A DNA stretch of 64,000 nt from a bacterium (GCA_031362565.1 JANLSU010000081.1:63003-127002); one strand, 5' to 3'; numbered from the stretch's first letter, positions 55,314 through 64,000 are shown. Notes: generated by a model from the letters alone, not told the origin. A program made the numbers and translations.

Positions 55314-56797
55314 CCCTGACTCGACACCGGCGCAACGCGGTGCAGAAACCAGTGCAAGCCGCCGGCGACGAAGAAGCCTACGAACCAGCCGTAGGAGTAG
55401 AGCGGCTTCAATGCGGGCACGACCAATCCGCCCCAGGCAAGCGCGCTGCCGGCGAGCGTCGCGACGATGGCGCGCCAGTTCCAGCCGCCCGTGTAGCGGT
55501 AGACGCCGTGCGGGAGATACAAATCGGCAAGTACCAGACGACGGCGCCGCACCAGCCAGTAGTCGGCGATGAGCACCCCGGCGATCGAACCGAGTCCGCC
55601 CGAGTAACCGAGCAGCCAGGAGAAAATGTAACCCTTCGGATTCGCCAAGAGCTGCCACGGCTGCATGAGGATGCCGAGGATACCAGTGATCAAGCCGCCG
55701 GTGCGAAAGCGGATCAAGCGCGGGAAGGCATTGGCAAAGTCATTCGCCGGCGAGACGACATTGGCAGCGATGTTGACTGCCAACGTCGCAACGACAGCCG
55801 TAAACATGGAGATCGCGACCACCACGGGTGCCTCGAACCGGCTGACCAGCTTCACCGGATCCCAGATCGCTTCGCCGTAGATGATCTGCGTCGCGCTCGT
55901 AATGAGCACGCCCATGGCCGCAAAGAGCGACATGGTGGTCGGTAACGCCACGACCTGGCCGACGATTTGTTCGCGTTGGCTGCGGCCGAAGCGCGTGAAG
56001 TCCGGCATGTTGAGCGACAACGTCGCCCAGTACCCCACCATCGCGGTCAGCGACGGCACGAAGACCGGCATGAACTCTTTCCAGGTCGCGAGCTTGCCCG
56101 GCTGAGCCACGAGCGGCCCGAGCCCGTGTGCCGCATTCACGGCCCAGACGAGCAGCACAGCCGTCATCACCAGCACGAACGGCGCCGCCCAGTTCTCCAC
56201 TGCGCGCAACAAATCCATGCCGCGGAAAATGATGAAAATGTTGATGCCCCAAAAGAGCAGGAACGACAGCCATTCGGTTGTCGTGTGGCCGAGGAATCCG
56301 CTTCCCAACAACGTCGGCCATGCCGGAATGAGCGCCGAGAAGAACGTGTAGAGCGCCTCGCCACCGATCCAGGCCTGGATGCCGAACCACCCACACGCGA
56401 CGATGGCCCGCATGAGCGCCGGCAAGTTGGAACCCGCGGTGCCATAGGCGGCGCGCGCGAAGACCGGAAACGGAATCCCGTACTTCGTCCCGGGATGCGA
56501 ATTGAGCAGGATGGGTACGAGCACGATCGTATTGCCGAGCAGGATCGTGAACACCGCTTGCATCCAGCTCATGCCCGAGGCCATGAGGCCCGAGGCCAGC
56601 ATGTAGGTGGGGATGCAATGCGCCATGCTGATCCACAGCGCCGCGTAGTTGTAAGTCGTCCAGCGGCGCTCGTGGATCGCGACCGGCGCCAGGTCGGCGT
56701 TGTAGAGCGGACTCGATTCGAGCCGCGAACGGTCAGCGAGTTCGACCCGGCCGTCGGGATGCTCGATTTCTCCAGGCTGCCGGCTTTGGACTGCCAT
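55307..56797 (-). CDS. NCS1 family nucleobase:cation symporter
   Basis: LYNADLAP, WTTYNYAALWISM, GTKYGIPFPV, CGWFGIQAWIGG, WATLSLNMPDFTRF, NIAANVVSPA. Confidence 0.95.
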   Translation of the reverse strand: MAVQSRQPGEIEHPDGRVELADRSRLESSPLYNADLAPVAIHERRWTTYNYAALWISMAHCIPTYMLASGLMASGMSWMQAVFTILLGNTIVLVPILLNSHPGTKYGIPFPVFARAAYGTAGSNLPALMRAIVACGWFGIQAWIGGEALYTFFSALIPAWPTLLGSGFLGHTTTEWLSFLLFWGINIFIIFRGMDLLRAVENWAAPFVLVMTAVLLVWAVNAAHGLGPLVAQPGKLATWKEFMPVFVPSLTAMVGYWATLSLNMPDFTRFGRSQREQIVGQVVALPTTMSLFAAMGVLITSATQIIYGEAIWDPVKLVSRFEAPVVVAISMFTAVVATLAVNIAANVVSPANDFANAFPRLIRFRTGGLITGILGILMQPWQLLANPKGYIFSWLLGYSGGLGSIAGVLIADYWLVRRRRLVLADLYLPHGVYRYTGGWNWRAIVATLAGSALAWGGLVVPALKPLYSYGWFVGFFVAGGLHWFLHRVAPVSSQGQ

Positions 56798-56889
56798 CGC
56801 TCCCCCCCCCGCCGCCGGGAATAGCAGGCCGGCCCGGGCGGGAGCAAGCACGATTCGTTGCCCTCTTCTCCCGCCCGCGCTTGCAGCGT

Positions 56890-56929
56890 AAACAGACACG
56901 GCCGCCCGAGTCACCTCGGACGGCCGCGC
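56890..56929 (-). terminator. Probable intrinsic terminator after the 56950-57663 gene
   Basis: Minus strand GCGGCCGTCCGAG-GTGA-CTCGGGCGGCCGT hairpin followed by GTCTGTTT. Confidence 0.55.
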
Positions 56930-56949
56930 TTCGAAAGACCGCTGCCGGC

Positions 56950-57663
56950 TTACCGGTAGAGGTGCTTGACGGTACCCCAGGTCTCGGCGCTCGTAGGCAC
57001 CGGGCACTGGATTCCCATCGTGATCGTGATGACGTTGCCCCAGATGCCGAACTGTTGGTTCGCCGGCGCCGCGCCGCAAGTGTTGTCGAGGAAGGTCGGG
57101 TACGTCGCGGGCTTGGTGATCAACGGATTGAGGCTCGTCGTCTCGCCGACGCCCGTACCGTTGCCGATGCCGAACGTCAGTGCGCAACCGCCCAGGAACG
57201 TGCCCGCGGTGTTGCCGTTGACGACGGAAGCCACCGGCGTGCTGTTGCCACTGATCATGATGTATTGGACCGTGGTCACAAGCGACGTCGTGGTCAAGGT
57301 GCCCGTGCCGTCGCCCCAGGGCCAGGCGCCCGGGAAGAAGGTGAACGTGCCGCCGGTGAACTGCGACGTGTAGACGATCGTCCCCACGCCGCCGACACGG
57401 TTGTCCTGGACGATGAAGTTGACGGGCTCGGTCGGACAGCTGATGTCCCACTGCGTTCCGAGGTTCGTACCGTCCCAAGACTGCGCATGCATCACATGCG
57501 GCAGGCCTGAGTTGATTCCGGTACGCCACGTCGAGGCGCGCCCGGTCAGGAGCGCGCCACCGAGATCAGTCGAGGTGAAGACACCGTTCACGGGTGCTGC
57601 CGCGCCCAGCGCCGGCAGGCACAGCAACGCGGACACGGCCAGAGCAATAGACGATCGCTTCAT
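56950..57663 (-). CDS. Secreted beta-rich hypothetical protein with C-terminal TWGTVKHLYR tail
   Basis: AAGGAG RBS, signal peptide, Thr/Gly-rich body, ends CPVPTSAETWGTVKHLYR. Confidence 0.8.
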   Translation of the reverse strand: MKRSSIALAVSALLCLPALGAAAPVNGVFTSTDLGGALLTGRASTWRTGINSGLPHVMHAQSWDGTNLGTQWDISCPTEPVNFIVQDNRVGGVGTIVYTSQFTGGTFTFFPGAWPWGDGTGTLTTTSLVTTVQYIMISGNSTPVASVVNGNTAGTFLGGCALTFGIGNGTGVGETTSLNPLITKPATYPTFLDNTCGAAPANQQFGIWGNVITITMGIQCPVPTSAETWGTVKHLYR

Positions 57664-57959
57664 CGATGTTCTCCTTGAGGTTCGTATTCCCACAGACGTG
57701 CATACGGCGTCTCGAACCGGCATCTTGGGCCACTCCGCTCGCAGTCCATCGCATTGACAAGTGGCATCGGCCCCGCCGCAGCGCGTCATCAACCGCGAGG
57801 AATGTAGCATCCTGGCGGTGCGGTGGATAGGCATTCCGGCCAGAGGCACCAAAGGAGGTCGTGGCGGTACTGGCCGACATCAAGAAGGAAAGCGAGGCTC
57901 ATTCGGGTCGCAACAGCAGGGCGGGCGTCGCCTGCCGACGCCACCGATGGACGATCGTC

Positions 57960-59435
57960 TTAGGTCACTCGCTTGAAGTCGATGAATCCGCGCTCGACGT
58001 TCGTGTGAACGAGTTGCAAGCGCACCCGGCGGCCGACGTCCAGGCCGTTGGTGCCATTCTCCAGTCGTCCTTCAACGGGCGGTTGCAGGAGCCGGACCCA
58101 GGTGCCCTTGTCGGACGCTCCAGTCACGATGCCATCGAACTGCTCCCCGAGCCGCGATTCCAACAGGATTGCGGCGGCGGATTTTGTGACTTGCCGTTCG
58201 ACCTTTTGCGCCGCGTCTTCCGCTTCCGTACAGTGCGTGGCGAGCGCTGCCAATTCGTCGTTCTTGTAGGGCTGCGGGCGCCCCCCGATCGCTGCCTTCA
58301 GCAAACGCTGTGTAATCAGATCGGGATATCGACGGTTCGGAGCGGTGGAGTGTGCATAGTCCTTGACCGCGAGACCGAAGTGCCCCGAAACGTCGTCTCC
58401 CGGGCGTTCGACGACGTATTCACCTGCCCCGAGAAGCTTGACGACGCTGAGCGACAGATCGGCAAAGCGCAGCGGCTTGGCGGCCTTCGCCGCGACCAGG
58501 AATCGCTCCAAGGCTTTGGCGTCCGGTTCCCTGGGCAGCTTCGCCCCCTGCTCCGCGGCGAGATCGACAATCCGGTCCCAGCGTTTGGGGACGCGAACGA
58601 CGCGCCGGATCGACGCGTATGCTTTGGACTCGAGATATCGCGCCGTCACTCCGTTGGCGGCGATCATGAAGTCCTCGATGATGTCCTTGGCGCGGTTTCG
58701 GGTGTTCGCTTCCAGGTCCCGCAGCTCGTCGCCATCAAACACCGGCCGGGCCTCGATCGTCTCGAGATCGAGTGCACCGCGCTGGTGCCGGAGCGTTTTT
58801 ATTTTCTGGGCCATGCGGTCCTGAAGGCGGATGTTCTCGTCGAGCCCGCCGGCAGTAGCGATCTCTGCCGGCATGGTGCCGTTGCCTTCCAACCACGCGG
58901 CCACGCTGTTGTAGGCGAGCTTGGCGCGATTGCGGACCATCGCCCGATAGATGCCCGAATTTTGGAGCGATCCATCCTCGGCAAGGATCATTTCCATGAC
59001 GACAGCCAGGCGATCCGAGTCATGGTTGAGCGACGTGAAATCCGTAGAGAGTTTCTCCGGCAACATTGGGAAGATCGCGGCCGCGGTGTAGACCGAGGTG
59101 GTATTCCGCCGCGCGTGGTCGTCAAGCGCCGACTGGTTCTCGACGAGAGCGTCGACGTCGGCAATCGCCACCAAGATTTTGACCGCACCGCTGGGCATTG
59201 CTTCGGCAACGGTGAGCTGGTCGAGATCACGGGATGTATCGTTGTCGATGGAGCACCAGAGCAGGTTCCGGAGATCGCGGGTCGATTCCCCATCCTGAGT
59301 CGCCGGGCCGTGGATTGCTTCGAGCTCGGCGAGCGCCGGCGCGGAGAAATCCGGCACCAGCCCTCGATCGATCATCGCCTGACGGGCAATGCGTTGCAGT
59401 CTCAGTCGGTGCGTTCGATCGCCTAGATCCGCCAT
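57960..59435 (-). CDS. RNB-domain exoribonuclease (short RNase II/R family)
   Basis: SIDNDTSRDLDQ, VAIADV, PMLPEKLS, IEDFMIAAN, HFGLA..YAHSTAPNRRYPDL, C-terminal S1-like domain. Confidence 0.92.
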   Translation of the reverse strand: MADLGDRTHRLRLQRIARQAMIDRGLVPDFSAPALAELEAIHGPATQDGESTRDLRNLLWCSIDNDTSRDLDQLTVAEAMPSGAVKILVAIADVDALVENQSALDDHARRNTTSVYTAAAIFPMLPEKLSTDFTSLNHDSDRLAVVMEMILAEDGSLQNSGIYRAMVRNRAKLAYNSVAAWLEGNGTMPAEIATAGGLDENIRLQDRMAQKIKTLRHQRGALDLETIEARPVFDGDELRDLEANTRNRAKDIIEDFMIAANGVTARYLESKAYASIRRVVRVPKRWDRIVDLAAEQGAKLPREPDAKALERFLVAAKAAKPLRFADLSLSVVKLLGAGEYVVERPGDDVSGHFGLAVKDYAHSTAPNRRYPDLITQRLLKAAIGGRPQPYKNDELAALATHCTEAEDAAQKVERQVTKSAAAILLESRLGEQFDGIVTGASDKGTWVRLLQPPVEGRLENGTNGLDVGRRVRLQLVHTNVERGFIDFKRVT

Positions 59436-59493
59436 CACGCCGCCAGTCGAGGTTTGAGGTGTGCTGCGCGATCGGCAACCAAGCCGGCGCGCT

Positions 59494-60414
59494 TCAGGCC
59501 GCGTCGTAGCGCGAAACGACGGCGGTCACATTGTCGGGGGCGCCGCGCTCGAGCGCGAGATCGACTAGCGCGCGGCACGCGGCCTCGGCGGAGCCTGTCC
59601 TGGCGAGGATCGCGGCGATCTCTTCGTCCTTCGTCACGTCGTAGAGTCCATCCGAACACAGTAGAACGGTGTCGCCGGCGGCGAGACGGACGCGATGCAC
59701 TTCGACGTCCGTGAGCGGAGTCCCGCCCCCGAGGGCGTTCGTCAGCACGTTGCGCAGCCGGTGCGTTGCTGCCTCTTCGCGGGTCAGAACTCCAGTGTCC
59801 ACGAGCATTTGCACGTGCGTCTGATCGCGCGTCAGTTGTCGCATCGACCCTGCACGGCACAGGTAGGCGCGGGAATCGCCGGCGTGCGCCAGGAAGAGAT
59901 CAAAGCCGATGCTGTAGCCCAAGGTCATGGTCGTTCCCATGCCACGCAGCGCAGGATCGAGCTGGGCGCGTTCCTTGAGGATCGAATCGAGGCTCCGGTA
60001 CCGGGTCGTGACGCGGTCCAGGATCTTGGCCGCGCTTTGGTCGTCCACCTTCAAGACCCAATCGGGCGTGTCGAACAAGAGATGGAAGAAGACGATGATT
60101 GCCGTCCGGCTCGCGACCTCACCCCCGGCGTGGCCGCCCATTCCATCGGCGACGACCGCAACGTACCCCGCCTCTTCGAGGCGTTCCGGAAGCTCTCCGG
60201 CGGGCAGGCTCGTAGAGAGTGTTTCCGAAAATCGCCCGAGCCGCGCCAGGTAGAAGTGATCCTCGTTGGCCGGCCGTACCTTGCCGCGATCCGAGCGCCC
60301 GGCGCAGTCCACCCGAGCCACCGCGGACGGCGGTCCAGGGTCCGCAGTCGTGCGGCCGAGCGCCGTCGAGCGCAGCGGCGGCGGGATGGTGTCCAGTTCG
60401 GAAGGATCGATCAT
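59494..60414 (-). CDS. PP2C-family (PrpC/Stp1-like) Ser/Thr protein phosphatase
   Basis: GKVRPANED, VADGMGGHAGGEVAS, GMGTT, HAGDSRAY, LLCSDGL, DNVT. Confidence 0.94.
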   Translation of the reverse strand: MIDPSELDTIPPPLRSTALGRTTADPGPPSAVARVDCAGRSDRGKVRPANEDHFYLARLGRFSETLSTSLPAGELPERLEEAGYVAVVADGMGGHAGGEVASRTAIIVFFHLLFDTPDWVLKVDDQSAAKILDRVTTRYRSLDSILKERAQLDPALRGMGTTMTLGYSIGFDLFLAHAGDSRAYLCRAGSMRQLTRDQTHVQMLVDTGVLTREEAATHRLRNVLTNALGGGTPLTDVEVHRVRLAAGDTVLLCSDGLYDVTKDEEIAAILARTGSAEAACRALVDLALERGAPDNVTAVVSRYDAA

Positions 60415-60431
60415 GACGTGGAGTATAGCCC

Positions 60432-60521
60432 TTGGCCTGCCGCCCGCAACGGGTACACTCGTATGAGGCCACGGGCATCGGGCGTAGGGAAATCAAGATC
60501 AAGTACTTTCTGGATGAGTGA
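60432..60521 (+). pseudogene. Possible 3' remnant of a small conserved gene
   Basis: Reads ...VHSYEATGIGRREIKIKYFLDE* and ends 4 nt before the next ATG; an in-frame TAG lies at 60426. The family resemblance is from memory and unverified. Confidence 0.45.
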
Positions 60522-60525
60522 AGCG

Positions 60526-60759
60526 ATGGCATCTCGAAACGACAAACCTCGGTACGTTGCCTGCATGTCGAATGAAGGCTACCCGGCGTCACTCGTCACC
60601 CGCCGCCTCTATCGCTGCGTCGCGGACCCCGATGCCGAGCGGGAAGGCATGCTCAGAGTGATTGACGAGTCGGGGGAAGACTACTTGTACCCGGCGCATC
60701 TCTTCTTGGTCATCGACCTGCCGCACGCCATCGAGAAGGCATTCCAAAAAGCCGGTTGA
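60526..60759 (+). CDS. Small conserved hypothetical protein
   Basis: YVAC..NEGYPASL..RRLY...D..AE..G.LRVIDESGEDYLYPA..F; protein-like 3' end of the 59695..60759 ORF. Confidence 0.75.
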   Translation: MASRNDKPRYVACMSNEGYPASLVTRRLYRCVADPDAEREGMLRVIDESGEDYLYPAHLFLVIDLPHAIEKAFQKAG

Positions 60760-60768
60760 GCGAGGCAT

Positions 60769-61554
60769 TCAAGCGCGAATGTTTTCCACGGGAACGGCGC
60801 GCGCCTTCCACCACCGCCAAAGTGCGAACGCAAAGACGATGTTCAGCGCCAGTCCCACGACTCCGACTTCGGGTCCATAGAGTGCCGTTTGTTTGATGCC
60901 AAGGGCGCCGACCTTGGTGCTGTAGCCGAACAGCACGTAAGCGCCGCCGTTCCAAACGCCATGGCTCACACTGGCGACGATCACCGAACCCGAGATCCAT
61001 CGCAGCAAGCCCCAGATGGCGCCCATCACCGCGGCGTTCAAAATGAAAACCGGAATCTGTCTGACCGGCAGATCGAAACCGGTCTCGAGCGCGACCGCCG
61101 ACACGTGCCAGAGGGAAAACGCCAGGCTCGTCCAGAGCAAAACGCGGCCTGGTTTCTGGCCAGCTCGCGTTAGCGAAGCCCAGAGCCAACCCCTGAAGAA
61201 GCCTTCCTCGGTGATGGTCGCAACCACAACGGTCGAGACGGTCACGAGCAAGAAATTGATCCCAGCTTTCTGCCAATTCGTTTGCGAGATGTCGATCGCA
61301 CCGGCCACCTTCGACACGAGTGCGACCGTTCCTAGAACGGCCAGCGGGTAGAGCAGCGCCAAGGCGAAGAAGTGCCGGCGCGCCGCGACAAATCCCATCC
61401 TGGAGCGCGAGAACCGGTCGAGGGCCCAGAGGAAAGCCATGAGTGGAAACAAGGGCAGAGCGCTGAACTCCGAATGCCCGCTCGCGTCCAGCGCCGTGGT
61501 GATCGCGATCGCTGCGACGACGCCCAGGATGGGGCGCCTCAGCGCGGATGCCAT
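60769..61554 (-). CDS. CPBP (CAAX/Abi) family intramembrane metalloprotease
   Basis: TEEGFFRG, FSLWH, HGVWN; polytopic. Confidence 0.9.
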   Translation of the reverse strand: MASALRRPILGVVAAIAITTALDASGHSEFSALPLFPLMAFLWALDRFSRSRMGFVAARRHFFALALLYPLAVLGTVALVSKVAGAIDISQTNWQKAGINFLLVTVSTVVVATITEEGFFRGWLWASLTRAGQKPGRVLLWTSLAFSLWHVSAVALETGFDLPVRQIPVFILNAAVMGAIWGLLRWISGSVIVASVSHGVWNGGAYVLFGYSTKVGALGIKQTALYGPEVGVVGLALNIVFAFALWRWWKARAVPVENIRA

Positions 61555-61678
61555 CGTGTCTCCAGCCTCGAGATGGCGATGCGCCAGCCCGCCCGAGGTC
61601 CCCGATTCCGGCCGAAAAGCTGCCTCATGAGGGTCCGTACGCAGCGGGCCGCGTTCAGGTTCGGTTTGCAACCCAGTG

Positions 61679-62512
61679 CTAGCGCGATCCAAACTCCCAT
61701 TCCCAAGCAAAAACGAACTGCCACGAGCCATCCGTGTTGAAGACGCCGCCTTCTTCGAGCTTCAACCGATCGAACAAATGCTCGGCGATACCGAGGGTCG
61801 CTTCGGTTCCACCGCCGCCTTGATCGGCACTGCCGAGGCCGGAAATCGTCCCGGGGCGACTCGTGAAGGCCCCGGTGCTGGTGAGAATCTCGCCTTCGAG
61901 GTCCACGACAAAACCCGCCGCCCACTCGAATGCTAGCGATGCCTCAAAAGCATTCGAGTTCCTCGCATCCGGCGTTCGTCCGACCCAGGTGTAAGCGAGT
62001 CCAGCGTCCACGCTGAGCGATCGGCGCGTCTTACTCAGCACGAGACGCAGCGAGTAGTCTCTCTTGCCGGAACCACCCAGCAGCGTGCTTGCTGTCGGCC
62101 ACTTGATCGTGGATGCGATCGAGAAGCCTGGCAGGCGCCGCCTCGGTTCGGATCCTTCCCATGTGAGCGTGGTCTCGAAATCGCCCCAGCCGCTTGCCGA
62201 GGGTTCCGTCGTCTTGGATTGCTTGCTGACATAGTTCGGTTCGAGCGCGACGGTGAACGCCTCGGAGATCGCATACTCTGCAAGAAACGGCAGGCCGTAC
62301 TGCGTTCCTTCGGTGTCGGTCTCGAACTCTAGGCCGGATCCGACCGTGAGGGCGAGCCGAGAAATGAACCGCTTGGTCTTGAGAATCCTCGCGTCTGCCG
62401 GCGGCGCGAACAGCAGGAGTCCCGCAACCGCACTGAGGACACCGCTCCGCAACGCACGCCGGACTGTTGCGACAGACCGCTGTCGCAGGCTCCAGCTCGA
62501 TCGCGGGGTCAT
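61679..62512 (-). CDS. Putative outer membrane beta-barrel/transporter
   Basis: Signal peptide ending ADA, amphipathic strands, SGWGD, IKWPTA, aromatic C-terminal FAWEWEF; ATGA overlap with the upstream gene. Confidence 0.65.
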   Translation of the reverse strand: MTPRSSWSLRQRSVATVRRALRSGVLSAVAGLLLFAPPADARILKTKRFISRLALTVGSGLEFETDTEGTQYGLPFLAEYAISEAFTVALEPNYVSKQSKTTEPSASGWGDFETTLTWEGSEPRRRLPGFSIASTIKWPTASTLLGGSGKRDYSLRLVLSKTRRSLSVDAGLAYTWVGRTPDARNSNAFEASLAFEWAAGFVVDLEGEILTSTGAFTSRPGTISGLGSADQGGGGTEATLGIAEHLFDRLKLEEGGVFNTDGSWQFVFAWEWEFGSR

Positions 62513-63252
62513 GGCCGTGTCATCGACAGCAATGTCGAGACTTCGGGTCCGTCGCTCGTCGAAGCCGTGGTTTTGACGAGGCCAACACCCCTTGCATACC
62601 ATTTCGTCTCGATATCTCCACTGAGTTCAGTCCAATCAGTGGTCTTGACGCATCCCGCGAAGGACCCGTAGGGAACCGTCACGCCCTCGTCGATGGTGAG
62701 AACCCGAGCGAGATCCTCGGCTTCGCCCTTGCGATACTCTTGGCGATAGGGGTCGCCAACGGAGGGGTGTGCCTGCATGATGACACCTGGTTCTGCGTTG
62801 TCGACTCCGGCTTCCCACGATCCTTTGCGGTTGACCTTGCCGCTGCCGTCATACATCTTGGTGTCTTCGCCGAAATACCATACGTTGCCGGCCTTGTCCT
62901 GTGCGTACCAGTCGACGGTTTCTTCCTTCAGAGCGACACCGTCTGTGACGTTGTCGCTCACGACGGTGCACGGTACCCCCAGGATCACTTTGGTGTCGTA
63001 GGTCACTGTGACCATTTTTTCAACCGTGCCGTGGCGTGTTTTCTCGCTGTACTTGAACACGGTTCCTGGCGTGAGGGGGAAATAGGGGTTATCCACGGTA
63101 ACTTGAAAATCCTGCGGATCGATGTGTGGATGATAGGCTCCGGCGGTCTTCTTGGCAGCCAGCGGCACCGCACCCGCCCACACGAGAGCGAGTGGAACCA
63201 GAGTCATGGCCAGCGCAATGGTTTTGCCACCTTGCATTTCAAACCCCTTCAC
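62509..63252 (-). CDS. Secreted conserved hypothetical protein
   Basis: Signal peptide; DNPYFPLTPG, DWYAQDKAGNVWYFGE, GSWEAG, YRQEY, KWYARGVGLV. Start GTG 63252 or ATG 63237. Confidence 0.8.
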   Translation of the reverse strand: MKGFEMQGGKTIALAMTLVPLALVWAGAVPLAAKKTAGAYHPHIDPQDFQVTVDNPYFPLTPGTVFKYSEKTRHGTVEKMVTVTYDTKVILGVPCTVVSDNVTDGVALKEETVDWYAQDKAGNVWYFGEDTKMYDGSGKVNRKGSWEAGVDNAEPGVIMQAHPSVGDPYRQEYRKGEAEDLARVLTIDEGVTVPYGSFAGCVKTTDWTELSGDIETKWYARGVGLVKTTASTSDGPEVSTLLSMTRP

Positions 63253-63896
63253 TTGACAAGTCGTTCGAGCGGGGTGGCGATGCGTCGCGGTCGGACGTGA
63301 CGATACACCACGGTCAGCTCGGCTGCATCACGAAGGAGATCGACGCGGTTGACCTCGACCCGGACCACCGTGAGTCCGGTCTTCTCACGAATGTCGTCCA
63401 CGAGCCGCTCCTCGTTCCCCGGCCGAAGCAGTTCGAGTTGATCGTAGAGCATCGGCGTGGATCGCTCCGAACTCTTCGACGTCCCAAACTCGAGGCCTGC
63501 CGTCAGAATGACGATGACCCCGTTCACGACGACAAGTTCCGCGATACCCGCGGCGGAACTCGCGATCGCGTTGAGAACACCCATGCCAATCACAACGAAT
63601 AAGTAGGTGAGGTCGCGAACGGGAATCTGCTCGGTACGATAGCGCAGGATCCCGAAGACGCCGAACAAGGCAAGGGCCATCCCGACGTGGGCCTGGACTC
63701 GACTGAGAAGCAGGCAGAGAAAGAACGTGATGACGTTGAGCAGGTAGTATGTGAACACGCAATCGCGGTTGCCGTACAGCCGCTTGTAGATGCACCGCAC
63801 CAAGATCGTCGCGAATGCGAGATCCAGCGCCAGGCGCGCGATCATCGACTGCAACGCGGCCCAATCGACACCAAGGTTGATCCTCCACCATTCCAT
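63249..63896 (-). CDS. DUF4956-family membrane protein
   Basis: GMALALFGVFGILRYRTE.I..RDLTYLF...; C-terminal YDQLELL...L..D....TGL....VE...VDLLRD. Confidence 0.85.
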   Translation of the reverse strand: MEWWRINLGVDWAALQSMIARLALDLAFATILVRCIYKRLYGNRDCVFTYYLLNVITFFLCLLLSRVQAHVGMALALFGVFGILRYRTEQIPVRDLTYLFVVIGMGVLNAIASSAAGIAELVVVNGVIVILTAGLEFGTSKSSERSTPMLYDQLELLRPGNEERLVDDIREKTGLTVVRVEVNRVDLLRDAAELTVVYRHVRPRRIATPLERLVK

Positions 63897-64000
63897 CACG
63901 CGACCCTCCGTTCCAACGCCGCGAGCCCCGGCAACAGAGTGTTGCGCCTCTCGTTCGGTCGAGTCCAAGCAATTGCAGCACAGTACTTGCTCGCCCAGCA
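63896..64000 (-). CDS. 3' end of a probable VTC-domain (polyphosphate polymerase-like) protein; 5' part outside window
   Basis: Hand translation CWASKYCAAIAWTRPNERRNTLLPGLAALERRVA*; SKYC motif; TGATG overlap with the DUF4956 gene, its usual neighbour. Confidence 0.6.
   Translation of the reverse strand, partial: CWASKYCAAIAWTRPNERRNTLLPGLAALERRVA

Noticed and set aside
57851..59426. 521-aa plus ORF preceded by AAAGGAGG
   Set aside because: The SD is only about 2 nt from the GTG, and the ORF is the antisense shadow of the RNB gene.
1..64000. tRNA/rRNA, CRISPR arrays, IS elements, prophage or defence systems
   Set aside because: No such signatures seen by eye; intergenic gaps are short. A small ncRNA could still be missed without a covariance-model scan.

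Overview
A 64-kb, very GC-rich, gene-dense bacterial chromosomal segment. I saw no rRNA, tRNA, CRISPR array, integrase or transposase. The organism is a diderm (TolC, OM beta-barrels). Three large secreted proteins end in a FlgD-Ig/T9SS-CTD-like domain and two end in a short WG-x-[IV]-K-x-x-[YF]-R tail, which suggests an FCB-related candidate lineage such as Eisenbacteria/Krumholzibacteriota (inference only). Contents in order: partial PTS EIIC; PG-binding protein; modular secreted metallophosphoesterase; GNAT; ECF sigma/ZAS anti-sigma divergent from a DUF6249-like gene, with twin promoters; Tat-less molybdopterin oxidoreductase plus NrfC-NrfD fusion; HtrA; OMP; enoyl-CoA hydratase; S9 peptidase; two divergent multiheme cytochromes; heparinase-like lyase; a long minus-strand run ppx-ppk1-sigma54 activator-atypical receiver-Cys-rich small ORF-cusCBA-like-rrf2; three ATP-grasp genes with a PLP decarboxylase; a double FG-GAP protein; SDR; CDGSH; GT4 divergent from a Pls/PosA-type membrane NRPS plus PPTase; a frameshifted beta-propeller gene; SYLF; NCS1; RNB nuclease; PP2C; CPBP; and a coupled VTC-like (partial)-DUF4956-secreted protein-beta-barrel operon at the right edge. 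Best leads: the homopoly(amino acid) synthetase with an unusual-looking A-domain pocket, the WG..K..R candidate sorting signal, the VTC/DUF4956/barrel operon, the triple ATP-grasp cluster, and a candidate sigma54 regulon. All calls were made by eye from motifs; no searches were run.
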